Assembly: GCA_020854775.1 (NCBI GenBank)
Contig: JAHKLZ010000044.1
Span: 6,415-70,414 of the forward strand
Reading direction: 5' to 3'
Source: Candidatus Woesearchaeota archaeon
GTDB taxonomy: Archaea > Nanobdellota > Nanobdellia > Woesearchaeales > 21-14-0-10-32-9
Length of the DNA: 64,000 nucleotides
Below, in pieces: positions 18,675-27,709 of the stretch. How positions within the stretch are numbered: position 1 is the first letter of the stretch; each line of letters starts with the position of its first letter. Position numbers and translations under genes: made by a program. The notes beneath the pieces were generated by a model, which made no database searches, was not told the origin of the DNA, and saw nothing but the letters and a program-made list of their open reading frames with translations.

Positions 18675-18998
18675 ATGGATAAAAAATTAGACGAAGCCGG
18701 AAGGCCAGATATGAACGTACCAAGCGTACAAGACATAATGGGAAAAAAACTACCTGAAAAAAAATTCAGAGCAGGCCCAGTTTCTGCAACAATATGGGTG
18801 AACCACGGCAAAGACCAAGAAGGAAAAGAAACAACCTACAAAACAATATCTTTTGAAAGAAGCTACATGGATAAAGAAGGCAACTGGCAAACAACCAACA
18901 GCCTAAGAACAACAGACTTACCAAAAGCAGTACTAGTTCTAAACAAAGCATACGAATACTTATCACTAACAGACGGAGAACAACACGACGAAGATTAA
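18675..18998 (+). CDS. PC4/YdbC-like single-stranded DNA-binding protein (predicted)
   Basis: VSATIWVNHGKDQEGKETTYKTISFERSYMDKEGNWQTTNSLRTTDLPKAVLVLNKAYEYL parallels the PC4 core (..[25 protein letters not shown]..L...I..A). The ORF track starts at GTG 18666. The ATG at 18675 sits 5 nt after AGGGTGA and is preferred. Confidence 0.55.
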   Translation: MDKKLDEAGRPDMNVPSVQDIMGKKLPEKKFRAGPVSATIWVNHGKDQEGKETTYKTISFERSYMDKEGNWQTTNSLRTTDLPKAVLVLNKAYEYLSLTDGEQHDED

Positions 18999-19009
18999 AG
19001 GAGAAAAAA

Positions 19010-19963
19010 ATGGCAAAATCAGAAAAAAAAGAAAAAGAAATAAACGTGATGGACCTACCAGGAGTAGGAGCAGCAACAGCAGAAAAACTAGCATCAGCAG
19101 GATTTGACGACTTACTAAGCATAGCAGTAGCAAGCATAGGAACACTAACAGACGCAGCAGGAGTATCCGAAGCAGTAGCAAGAAAAATAATACAAGCTGC
19201 ACGCGACGGACTAGACATGGGATTCCAATCAGGAACAGACATGCTAAATAAAAGAAACAAAGTAATAAAAATAAAATCAGGCAGTGAAAACATAGACAAC
19301 ATGTTATCAGGAGGATTTGAATCAGGAGCAATAACCGAATGCTTCGGACAATACGGATCAGGAAAAACACAAATAGGACACGTCCTAGCAGTAAGCTGTC
19401 AAAAAGACGATTCAGAAGCAATAGCAGTATACATAGACACAGAAAACACATTCAGACCAGAAAGAATAACACAATTCGCTGAAGGATTCGGATTAGACCC
19501 AGAAAAAGTATTAGGAAACATAAAAGTAGCAAGAGCATTCAACTCAGACCACCAAATGCTACTAGCAGAAAAAGTAGAAGACCTAATAAAAGAAGGAAAC
19601 AAAGTAAAAATAGTAATAGTAGATTCTTTAACAGCACACTTCAGAGCAGAATTCGTAGGAAGAGGAACATTAGCAGACAGACAACAAAAACTAAACAAAC
19701 ACATGCACGTCCTAGCACTACTAGCAGACAAACACAACTTATGCGTGTACGTAACTAACCAAGTAATGGCAAAACCAGACGCGTTTTTCGGAGACCCAAC
19801 AGAAGCAATAGGAGGACACATAGTAGGACACAACAGTACATTCAGAATATATCTACGAAGAGGAAAGAAAAACACAAGAGTCGCAAAACTAGTAGACTCA
19901 CCTAATCTACCAGACGCAGAATGCATCTTTAACGTAACAGAAAACAGACTAGAAGACGCATAA
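19010..19963 (+). CDS. radA: DNA repair and recombination protein RadA
   Basis: 317 aa. N-terminal HhH domain (LPGVGAATAEKLASAGF), Walker A GQYGSGKTQ, Walker B VIVDSL. AGGAG Shine-Dalgarno upstream. Confidence 0.95.
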   Translation: MAKSEKKEKEINVMDLPGVGAATAEKLASAGFDDLLSIAVASIGTLTDAAGVSEAVARKIIQAARDGLDMGFQSGTDMLNKRNKVIKIKSGSENIDNMLSGGFESGAITECFGQYGSGKTQIGHVLAVSCQKDDSEAIAVYIDTENTFRPERITQFAEGFGLDPEKVLGNIKVARAFNSDHQMLLAEKVEDLIKEGNKVKIVIVDSLTAHFRAEFVGRGTLADRQQKLNKHMHVLALLADKHNLCVYVTNQVMAKPDAFFGDPTEAIGGHIVGHNSTFRIYLRRGKKNTRVAKLVDSPNLPDAECIFNVTENRLEDA

Positions 19964-20024
19964 AACCTTTTTTTATTTTTTTTTCAATAATATTTAAATT
20001 AAATCAAACATTTCTAAAATAAAG

Positions 20025-20351
20025 ATGATATCAATAATAACTTTAGTAATAATATTATTCTTAATAAGTTGGTTAATATCAGCAATAATAATACACTTAT
20101 CAGCGAGCATACTAGGAAAAAGAAAAGGATTCTGGACAGCAATGGTAACAGCACTAATAGGATCAATAATATACACAACAAGTTACTACTTCATACAAAA
20201 CAATTTACTATCATCAACAATAGCAGGACTAACATGGCTAATAATACTAAAAACACTATACAAAACAAGATGGATAAGAACAGCACTAATAGCACTAACA
20301 ATATGGATACTAAACACAATAACAAGCATATTCCTACCAATGCTATTCTAA
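20025..20351 (+). CDS. small membrane protein (3 TM)
   Basis: 108 aa, hydrophobic throughout. Confidence 0.45.
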   Translation: MISIITLVIILFLISWLISAIIIHLSASILGKRKGFWTAMVTALIGSIIYTTSYYFIQNNLLSSTIAGLTWLIILKTLYKTRWIRTALIALTIWILNTITSIFLPMLF

Positions 20352-20411
20352 TTTTTGTTATTAACAAGTTATTACTTATGTTTATATTCTAATAAAAATA
20401 TTACAAAACAA

Positions 20412-21491
20412 ATGGAAAAACCATTCGAACTAGGAAAAGAATCATTTAACATAAAAGACTTCAAATCATTCACACTAGTAGCAGACATAGGAGGAGAAAA
20501 CTCATACTTCGCCATAACAGGAAGCATAACAAAAAAAGAATTCAAAATAATAATGAAACAACACATAAAAACAACAGAAATAAAAGAACTGCCAAAAATA
20601 ATAAACAACCTACTAGAAGAAGCACACAAACTATTCAAAATAGAAATATCCATAGCGGTAATCGCAGGAGCAGGAGCAGTATCAAAAGACAGACACAACA
20701 TAAAACTAACATCTAACAACCTAGAAATAAACATAGAAAATCTAAGAAAACACACAATGCTAAAAGACTACATACTATTAAATAATTTCGAAGCAGAAGG
20801 ATACGGATTAGACTTCATAAACAAAAAAAAGATATCAAGAATAGGAAGAACAGACATAAAATCACAAATAACAACATCAGCAATACTAGGCGCGGGCCAC
20901 GGACTAGGAGCAAGCATAACATACTACGACACAACAAAACACCTAAAAATACCAATACCATCAGAAGCAGGCCACATGTCACTACCAGTAGAAATATACT
21001 TCGACCTAGAATTCATAAATTACATAAGAGAAGAATTCTTCGCAGGAACAAACGTACCAATAAGCGCCGAATACGCAGTATCAGGAAAAGGAGTATGCCT
21101 AATATATGACTTCCTAATAACAAAAAAAATATACGGAGAACCATTACAAAACCTTAAAAAAACAAAAGAAGAAGAAAAAGTAAAAAAAATATTCGAACTA
21201 AAAGAAGACATATACTGCAAAAGAGCAATAGAACTATTTGTATCATACTACGCAAAAACAGCAAGAAACCTAGCAATAGCAACACAACCATACTCAGGAT
21301 TATTCCTAACAGGAAAAGTAGCACTAGCAGCAAAAACAACAATTCACGAATACTTCATGAAAGACTTCTTAAACAGCCCAACACACAAAGAAACACTAGA
21401 AAAAATACCAATATTACTAGCAGACGACGAAGAACTAACACTGTTCGGAGCAACAAACGTAGCAACCAACTTCTCAAAAGAATTCCTATAA
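20412..21491 (+). CDS. glk: glucokinase, bacterial Glk family (ASKHA fold)
   Basis: Colinear with E. coli Glk blocks: LVADIGGENSYFAI (phosphate-1), NNFEAEGYGL, ILGAGHGLGAS, SEAGHMSLP (cf. GEGGHVDF), SAEYAVSGKGV, GLFLTGKVA. The ORF is open from TTG 20355. ATG 20412 is preferred. Confidence 0.75.
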   Translation: MEKPFELGKESFNIKDFKSFTLVADIGGENSYFAITGSITKKEFKIIMKQHIKTTEIKELPKIINNLLEEAHKLFKIEISIAVIAGAGAVSKDRHNIKLTSNNLEINIENLRKHTMLKDYILLNNFEAEGYGLDFINKKKISRIGRTDIKSQITTSAILGAGHGLGASITYYDTTKHLKIPIPSEAGHMSLPVEIYFDLEFINYIREEFFAGTNVPISAEYAVSGKGVCLIYDFLITKKIYGEPLQNLKKTKEEEKVKKIFELKEDIYCKRAIELFVSYYAKTARNLAIATQPYSGLFLTGKVALAAKTTIHEYFMKDFLNSPTHKETLEKIPILLADDEELTLFGATNVATNFSKEFL

Positions 21492-21495
21492 AAAA

Positions 21496-22203
21496 TCAAA
21501 GAAAATCAATCTTAGTAAATTTACCATCCTTAACGTACCTATCAGCTTCCTGAAAAACAATATTCTTATTATCAGACAACAAAACCTCAGTAAAAAAATC
21601 AAAATCAGGATACTTTTCCAAAGACGAAGCATCACTCAACTTAATAAACACGTTATGACCCTCCCTATTCTCTTTAACCAAATCACCAGATAAACCCGTA
21701 GCAAGAAAAAAGAAACCCACAACGTGATGAGTCAACTCACCAGAATCCTCATCAACAGTCCTATAATTAGTAACCAACTTCAACTCAACATTCTCAGCAC
21801 TAAGACCAGTCTCCTCAAAAAACTCTTCACGAGCCTGCCTAGGAAGAGAATGACCATACTCAACTTTACCCCCAGGAATACCAACAAAATTCATAAAAGG
21901 CTGCTTCTTTCTTTTATTAACCAAAATCAAATCATTAACCTCATCATAACCAAGAACAAAAACACAAGTAATAGGCTTCCTCTTTTCCTCAATAACCACA
22001 CCATCCATAGAACTAATAACTTGAACACCCTTACTAGTCAAACAATACTTATCATCATTCTTAACAACAAGATTTTCTTTCTGCAACAACTTCAAATGAT
22101 AATCAAACTTATTAGAAGGAAAAGCCTTATCAAGAATCTCATTAAAACGCAAAGACTCATTATACATAAACTTCCTCAAAATATGCTTCCTAATATCACT
22201 CAT
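21496..22203 (-). CDS. Nudix hydrolase with N-terminal winged-helix domain
   Basis: Nudix box GIPGGKVEYGHSLPRQAREEFFEETGL. N-terminal wHTH-like ~70 aa. Confidence 0.8.
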   Translation of the reverse strand: MSDIRKHILRKFMYNESLRFNEILDKAFPSNKFDYHLKLLQKENLVVKNDDKYCLTSKGVQVISSMDGVVIEEKRKPITCVFVLGYDEVNDLILVNKRKKQPFMNFVGIPGGKVEYGHSLPRQAREEFFEETGLSAENVELKLVTNYRTVDEDSGELTHHVVGFFFLATGLSGDLVKENREGHNVFIKLSDASSLEKYPDFDFFTEVLLSDNKNIVFQEADRYVKDGKFTKIDFL

Positions 22204-22259
22204 AAAAAAAAGAAATACTAACCTTTATATAAATATTTAAGTCATAAAAAATTGACCAA

Positions 22260-23354
22260 TCAAAACTTAAAAGAAATCTCCTTAGTCTTCTTATTCAAAG
22301 AAACAAAACGCTTATTCTTCCTCATTTCCCTCTCCAAAACATCCAAACCATCCTTAGAACGCACACTATTAGCAAAATTCAACAACTTATCAAAATCTTG
22401 ATAATTACTATAAATAAACTCACCCTTCTCCTTATTCTCAGAAATAGACTGCTCTAAATTCTTAATCATACGCTCCTGAATATCAACCAAAGAATCGGTT
22501 TTCTCCTTTTTCTTCAAAGAAACAACACTCTTATTCTCAATATCTTTTTTTAACAAATTAAAAGAATCAACAGCCTCACTAATACTATTAAAAAAAACAC
22601 CTTTCTTAGTCTTCATAACAACAGGAAAAACAACATCACCAAAAACAAAAGGCTTCAAATCCTCAGAAAAAAAATCAACAATCGCACCCTTAATCTTACC
22701 AGCATCAACCAAGTTTATAACAGTTTTATCCTTATCAATCCCTGCACGAACAAGAATCTCCTCAGAAAAAACACCACCAAAACCAAAACCAGAAGCCATA
22801 CTCTTAACCAAGTTCCTATCAGAAGAATTAACCAAACTAACAATGTCATCAACACCAACACTCAAAGGATTTAACAAAGCAGGAGGAAAAACATAAGGCT
22901 TCCTAGCCTGAACCAACCTATCCTTAAATCTTTGACGATCCTTAGAATTAATAACCAACAAAGAACCATCCTCATCTTCCCTACAAAGAATAACATTACC
23001 AGGCTTAAACAACTCAACAATCAAAAAATAAAAACCATCCTTCTTAGAAAACTTAAAAACAAGAATCCTCTCAAAATCCCTCTGCTCAACAGACTCAATC
23101 CTCGCATTAGACAAATACTTACGAAGAAACATACAAAAACCAGGAGGACTAACAGGAGCATCAAAATCTTGATTAGTCAAACAAATAAGACTAGGAACAC
23201 AAATTCTCAAATTAAACTTAGAACCATCATTATAAATCCTAAAAATAATATTATCCTTATCTAACTGATAAACCTTCTCTACCTTACCACCCTTCAAAAC
23301 CTGCAATTCCTTAGATAAAAAAAACAACAAAGTAGATGATATTTCAAACGCCAT
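22260..23354 (-). CDS. NFACT-N domain protein (FbpA/RqcH/Rqc2-like), short form lacking NFACT-R
   Basis: 364 aa. The N-terminal region is NFACT-N like (..LQVLKGGKVEKVYQLDKDNIIFRI..), followed by an HhH-like GFGFGGVFSEEILVRAGI and a coiled coil. It ends before any DUF814/NFACT-R region. Confidence 0.6.
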   Translation of the reverse strand: MAFEISSTLLFFLSKELQVLKGGKVEKVYQLDKDNIIFRIYNDGSKFNLRICVPSLICLTNQDFDAPVSPPGFCMFLRKYLSNARIESVEQRDFERILVFKFSKKDGFYFLIVELFKPGNVILCREDEDGSLLVINSKDRQRFKDRLVQARKPYVFPPALLNPLSVGVDDIVSLVNSSDRNLVKSMASGFGFGGVFSEEILVRAGIDKDKTVINLVDAGKIKGAIVDFFSEDLKPFVFGDVVFPVVMKTKKGVFFNSISEAVDSFNLLKKDIENKSVVSLKKKEKTDSLVDIQERMIKNLEQSISENKEKGEFIYSNYQDFDKLLNFANSVRSKDGLDVLEREMRKNKRFVSLNKKTKEISFKF

Positions 23355-23400
23355 AAAACAACAAATACTTTTTTCATTAAAAAATTATCGAATAAACAAA

Positions 23401-24057
23401 TCAAAAAAAACGATGACGCAACATATTAAACAAAATCTTAACACCATCCAAAGGAGTAGTACCCTTATGAGCATCATGATAAATAGTTCTAATCTTAACC
23501 TCAGAAAACTTCAAACCATGCTTAGAAGCCCTAGCAATCATCTCACTCTCCATACCATAATCAGAAGAAAACCACCTAATCTTTTTATAAGCATCAGAAG
23601 AAAAACACCTAAAACCAGACTGAGTATCCCTAACACTCATAGAAAACAAGAATTTAGAAACACGCGTAAGAAAAATATTCCCCAAACGCATCGTAAAAGG
23701 CATATCTCTACCAAATTCCCGAAAACCAAAAACAACATCATTACCCTTCAAAGCAGAAACAAACTTCTTAATATCCTTAGCTTCATGCTGACCATCACTA
23801 TCCATCAAAACAATAACACGAGCACCTTTACTAACAGCAAAATCACAACCAGTCCTCGTCGCAGCACCCTTACCAAGATTAACTCTATGCCTCAAAACAA
23901 CAACACCGGCACTAAGAGCCTCATCAACACTAGAATCAAAACTACCATCATCAACATAAACAATATTCAAAAAACCCTCTTCCTTAACAGACTCAACAAC
24001 TTTCTTAACGTGCTTCTCCTCATTAAAACCAGGAAGTACAACAAAAACCTTATCCAT
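23401..24057 (-). CDS. family 2 glycosyltransferase (dolichyl-phosphate sugar transferase-like)
   Basis: VVLPGFNEEKHV, VYVDDGSFDSS, LMDSDGQH motifs. The ORF is open to 24105. The ATG at 24057 (MDKVFVVLP) is preferred. Confidence 0.8.
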   Translation of the reverse strand: MDKVFVVLPGFNEEKHVKKVVESVKEEGFLNIVYVDDGSFDSSVDEALSAGVVVLRHRVNLGKGAATRTGCDFAVSKGARVIVLMDSDGQHEAKDIKKFVSALKGNDVVFGFREFGRDMPFTMRLGNIFLTRVSKFLFSMSVRDTQSGFRCFSSDAYKKIRWFSSDYGMESEMIARASKHGLKFSEVKIRTIYHDAHKGTTPLDGVKILFNMLRHRFF

Positions 24058-24128
24058 AAACAAACAATAAATACTAAACGTTTTAAAGCTTTTTGATAAC
24101 AACAAAAAAATAAAAAAACATGAAAATC

Positions 24129-24136
24129 TTTATAAA
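24129..24136 (+). promoter_or_regulatory. TATA box of 5S rRNA gene
   Basis: TTTATAAA ends about 22 nt upstream of the predicted 5S 5' end. Confidence 0.55.
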
Positions 24137-24157
24137 TCAAAATGTATTCCTAAATAA

Positions 24158-24272
24158 TAGACGGTCAAAGCTACGTGGATATACCCGTTCTCGTTTCGAA
24201 CACGGAAGTCAAGCACGTATACGTTCCGGCGCGTACTGCCTTCAAGGGTGGGAGACCCGGAAAGCTGTCTAC
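24158..24272 (+). rRNA. rrf: 5S ribosomal RNA (stand-alone, not linked to 16S/23S in this window)
   Basis: Terminal helix AGACGG / CTGTCT. Internal CCCGTTCTCGTTTCGAACACGGAAGTCAAGC and GTACTGCC..GGGAGACC blocks match 5S loops B/C and E. It is a G/C-rich island in an AT-rich spacer. Confidence 0.85.
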
Positions 24273-24324
24273 CTTTCTAAGCACAAACTAAATATTTAAA
24301 TAATCACACCAATACTAATAAGAA

Positions 24325-24720
24325 GTGGCAAAACCAAAAAGAAAAAAAATACACGAAGCACTATACTACCTAACAGTATTAATAACAATAATATTCATAT
24401 CAGCCATGCTATTCTTCATAAGCCCAATACTATTCTTCGGACACTATTTCTACGTATACATAGTACTAATGACAATAGGAGTAACACTAGGCGCATTCCT
24501 AAAAGGATTCCTAAAAGACCTAGACGAACTAACACACAAACATCACGCAGGACTAATAATAATAGTACTAATAGCAGCAATGCTCAACTTTGTATCCTTA
24601 ACAACAGCACTAACAATACACATAAACAAATCAATACATTTCTCAATACTAAGCGCGCTAATATTCACAATAAGCTTTTTAATACCTTACGCTTACCACT
24701 ACTACAAAAAAGAGCGATAA
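24325..24720 (+). CDS. membrane protein (4 TM), unknown function
   Basis: ORF with a GTG start. Hydrophobic helices. Start uncertain. Confidence 0.45.
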   Translation: MAKPKRKKIHEALYYLTVLITIIFISAMLFFISPILFFGHYFYVYIVLMTIGVTLGAFLKGFLKDLDELTHKHHAGLIIIVLIAAMLNFVSLTTALTIHINKSIHFSILSALIFTISFLIPYAYHYYKKER

Positions 24721-24723
24721 AAA

Positions 24724-25125
24724 ATGAACTTAAACATAATGGACTGGACTGAAACATATCTCAAATACAAAGACACAGTTCAAAGAAAAATAACAAAAAT
24801 AACAAAAAACCCAGAAAAAGAAGAACTAATCTGCGAACTAAAAGACGGTACAATACACACATACATATGCAAAGACAACTTAGAAGACAAAGACACACAA
24901 AAAATAAAAAACAACAGAGTATCCTGCTTAAACACAAAAAAAAATGTTGATTGGGTAATAAAAAACTGGCAAGAAATAAAAAACACAGACACAATATTCT
25001 TATTCGCAAACCCCAAAAAAGCAATGCACTGGTCATTAAATCCAAAACTACACGACAGAATAACAGACAAAACAGCCCTAAAACAAGGATTAAAAACATT
25101 ACTAGAATCAATACCGGAAATTTAA
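24724..25125 (+). CDS. hypothetical protein (133 aa)
   Basis: ORF only. Lies immediately upstream of radB. Confidence 0.4.
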   Translation: MNLNIMDWTETYLKYKDTVQRKITKITKNPEKEELICELKDGTIHTYICKDNLEDKDTQKIKNNRVSCLNTKKNVDWVIKNWQEIKNTDTIFLFANPKKAMHWSLNPKLHDRITDKTALKQGLKTLLESIPEI

Positions 25126-25174
25126 ACCAAAAAAACAACCCAAAATTAATAAAACAAATAATATTTCTAAACAT

Positions 25175-25861
25175 ATGACTTCGCAAGAAACAAAAATAAG
25201 CACAGGATCCGACATAATGGACTGGCTACTAGAAGGAGGATACGAAAACGAAGTAATCACAACCATATACGGACCACCAGGAACAGGAAAAACAAATTTT
25301 TGCTTACTATGCATGGTAAATAATTACAACAAAAAAATAATATACGTAGACACAGAAGGATCATTCTCAATATCAAGAATAAAACAACTAGCAGACAACT
25401 ACGAAGAAATACTAAAAAAAATAATAGTACTAACACCAACAAATTTCGAAGAACAAAAAAAAGTATTCGAAAAACTAAAAAACCTAGTAACAGACAAAAT
25501 AGGACTAATAATAATAGACAGCATAGCCATGCTATACAGACTAGAAATAGGAATAACGAAAGACATATTTAAAGTAAACAGAGACCTAGGAGTACAACTA
25601 GTAAACCTAATACAAATAGCAAGAAAATTCAAAATACCAGTAATAATAACAAACCAAGTCTACGCCGACTTTGAAGACAAAAACAAAATAAACATGGTCG
25701 GAGGAGACATACTAAGATACGCAAGCAAATGCCTAATAGAACTACAAAGAACAGACACAGAAAAAAAAGCGATCCTTAGAAAACACAGAAGCCTACCAGA
25801 AGGAAAAGAAATCAAATTCACAATAAAAGACACAGGAATTTACGAAGCAGAAAACGAATAA
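25175..25861 (+). CDS. radB: RadB recombinase paralog
   Basis: 228 aa. RecA-like core without the HhH N-domain. Walker A GPPGTGKT, Walker B LIIIDSI. Confidence 0.8.
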   Translation: MTSQETKISTGSDIMDWLLEGGYENEVITTIYGPPGTGKTNFCLLCMVNNYNKKIIYVDTEGSFSISRIKQLADNYEEILKKIIVLTPTNFEEQKKVFEKLKNLVTDKIGLIIIDSIAMLYRLEIGITKDIFKVNRDLGVQLVNLIQIARKFKIPVIITNQVYADFEDKNKINMVGGDILRYASKCLIELQRTDTEKKAILRKHRSLPEGKEIKFTIKDTGIYEAENE

Positions 25862-25879
25862 AAAAAAGAAAAAAAATAA

Positions 25880-26491
25880 TCATTCATCAGCAAAATCAAC
25901 AACGTTATACTTAAAATCTTCAGGCTTAATCAAACCCTTTTTCTCAGTATATAATTTCGCTAACAAATAAAAAACTAAACCAAGACTCTTCTTACCCTTA
26001 TTATTACAAGGAACAACAAAATCAATATTGTTAGTTTGATTATTAGTATCACACAAAGCAATAACAGGCAAACCAATCTTAATAGCATCTTCAACAGCGT
26101 TCTTATCAGGCCAAGAATCAGCAACTAAAACAATCTTAGCCTCAATAAAATTCTTCAAAGAAGGATTAGTCAAAACCCCAGGAGGATACCTCCCAGCAAA
26201 ATGCTTAGTACCAGTAATCTGAGAAAACAACTTCACAGCTTTCCAACCAGTCTCACGCCTACAAACAACTAATATGTCCTCAGGAGCATAATTAGAAAGA
26301 AGATTAGCAGCCAACTTAATCCTTTCATCAATCTTCTGAACATTCAATACAGACAAACCATCAGGCCTAGTCTTATAAATAAAATTATCCATGTACTTAG
26401 TCCTAAACTTAGTCCCAATATGAATACCAGACTTCAAGTACTCATCATTAGGAATCAATAAAGCTTCATCACTCATTTTAACATCCTCCAA
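25880..26491 (-). CDS. rps2: 30S ribosomal protein uS2
   Basis: 203 aa. LLIPNDEYLKSGIHIGT... and the VIALCDTN block are typical of uS2. Confidence 0.9.
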   Translation of the reverse strand: MEDVKMSDEALLIPNDEYLKSGIHIGTKFRTKYMDNFIYKTRPDGLSVLNVQKIDERIKLAANLLSNYAPEDILVVCRRETGWKAVKLFSQITGTKHFAGRYPPGVLTNPSLKNFIEAKIVLVADSWPDKNAVEDAIKIGLPVIALCDTNNQTNNIDFVVPCNNKGKKSLGLVFYLLAKLYTEKKGLIKPEDFKYNVVDFADE

Positions 26492-26623
26492 AACAAACCC
26501 CTAAGAATAAATCCGTGAATATTTTTTACCTCACACGGCATTCTCGAAACAAACAAGTCTCAAGGTCGGTTTTAAACACAGAAATAAACACGCATTTATA
26601 AATATTATTCTTAAAAAAAGAAT

Positions 26624-27709
26624 TTAATCAAGCCAAGAATCAGGCTTCTTAAGCTTCTCAGGCAAATAATCACTAACAACAAAGTTCAAACCATGCTTCG
26701 CCAAAGCTTGCTGCTCAGCCCTCTTACCATTCTTCATAAGCTTAGACAAAGCATCCTGCCAAGACTTATGAGCATGAACAAAAGGATCATTCTTAATACC
26801 ATCCTTAATACGTTTAATATCAACATCCTTCAAAGGATGAGTAGGCAACTTATAATCAGCAATATCATCAGGAGTAATACCTAAAAATTTTGCACGAGGA
26901 ACACAAAAAAACTCATTAATATGAGCAGCATTACCACTACCCACCTTTAAAGTCCTATAAATATTCAAATAACCATAAGGATCACCATCAGTGAAAACAA
27001 ACACATCAAGATCAGCATCATCACTCAACCTACGAATAAAACGCCGACAAGCACGAGTAGGAACACCACCCATACTAACAATTATACAATTAGCAGTCCT
27101 CCAAAAACCATGCTTATTCAAACGCTCAAACATACCATTAGTTTCAATAACAATCATACTCTTCGCCTTCGTTTCAAAACGCAAATGCTCAACATCACTA
27201 GGAATAGAATAAGCACCACTACCAAACCTAGTACAATCAATACGTAACTCCTCACCACTATTAGGATCCTTATCAATAACAACTAATTCACCAGCAACAC
27301 TACCACCATGCTCATCTGCAATAAAACCAAGCTGTTCCCTATTAACCGAAAACATAGCCTCAATATCATCCATCACGGCGTCAGACTCATTTTGCTCCTT
27401 AAAACGAGCCTCATCCCAATTCTTACTAACATAATAAGCTTCCCTCTTAGTAGCAATGTCCTCAGTCTCAATCAAACTCTTAGACAAAGACATCACGCGA
27501 AGAGTCTGAGCAAAAGTCTTAACAGTATTAGCAGTAAGAGTTCTCTTCTTCATCAAACCCTTAAGCTCAAAAAAACCATCATTCTTATTATAAATAACAT
27601 TATTAAGACTACGAACAGGAGCCTCAAGCTCAGCCTTATTACCCTTAAGAACATCATCCTTAAGCTTATCAGCAGAAGACTTAATCTTTTTAAGAGCATC
27701 ATTCATCAT
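26624..27709 (-). CDS. top6A: DNA topoisomerase VI subunit A (Spo11 homolog)
   Basis: Catalytic Tyr region REAYYVSKNW. Toprim motifs IVIETNGMF and FTDGDPYG. The ORF is open to 27778, but the ATG at 27709 overlaps the top6B stop by 11 nt and removes a hydrophobic artefactual N-terminus. Confidence 0.9.
   Translation of the reverse strand: MMNDALKKIKSSADKLKDDVLKGNKAELEAPVRSLNNVIYNKNDGFFELKGLMKKRTLTANTVKTFAQTLRVMSLSKSLIETEDIATKREAYYVSKNWDEARFKEQNESDAVMDDIEAMFSVNREQLGFIADEHGGSVAGELVVIDKDPNSGEELRIDCTRFGSGAYSIPSDVEHLRFETKAKSMIVIETNGMFERLNKHGFWRTANCIIVSMGGVPTRACRRFIRRLSDDADLDVFVFTDGDPYGYLNIYRTLKVGSGNAAHINEFFCVPRAKFLGITPDDIADYKLPTHPLKDVDIKRIKDGIKNDPFVHAHKSWQDALSKLMKNGKRAEQQALAKHGLNFVVSDYLPEKLKKPDSWLD

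Noticed and set aside
23413-24096. Long plus-strand ORFs antisense to minus-strand genes. Examples are 23413-24096, 27888-28691, 28728-29255, 9309-9707, 10533-11015, 21724-22221 and 35466-35942.
   Set aside because: These are N/T/K/I/L/R/S/H-rich low-complexity translations. The + strand over these genes is A/C-rich and T/G-poor, so stops are rare. The opposite-strand products (GT2, Topo VI B, PheRS, Nudix, aCPSF1) carry clear family motifs.
26492-26623. ~100-nt leader upstream of uS2 with hairpin CCGTG-N16-CACGG, considered as an autoregulatory element.
   Set aside because: The stem is only 5 bp, and I could assess no conservation or similarity to a uS2 rRNA site. The evidence is too weak to report as a finding.
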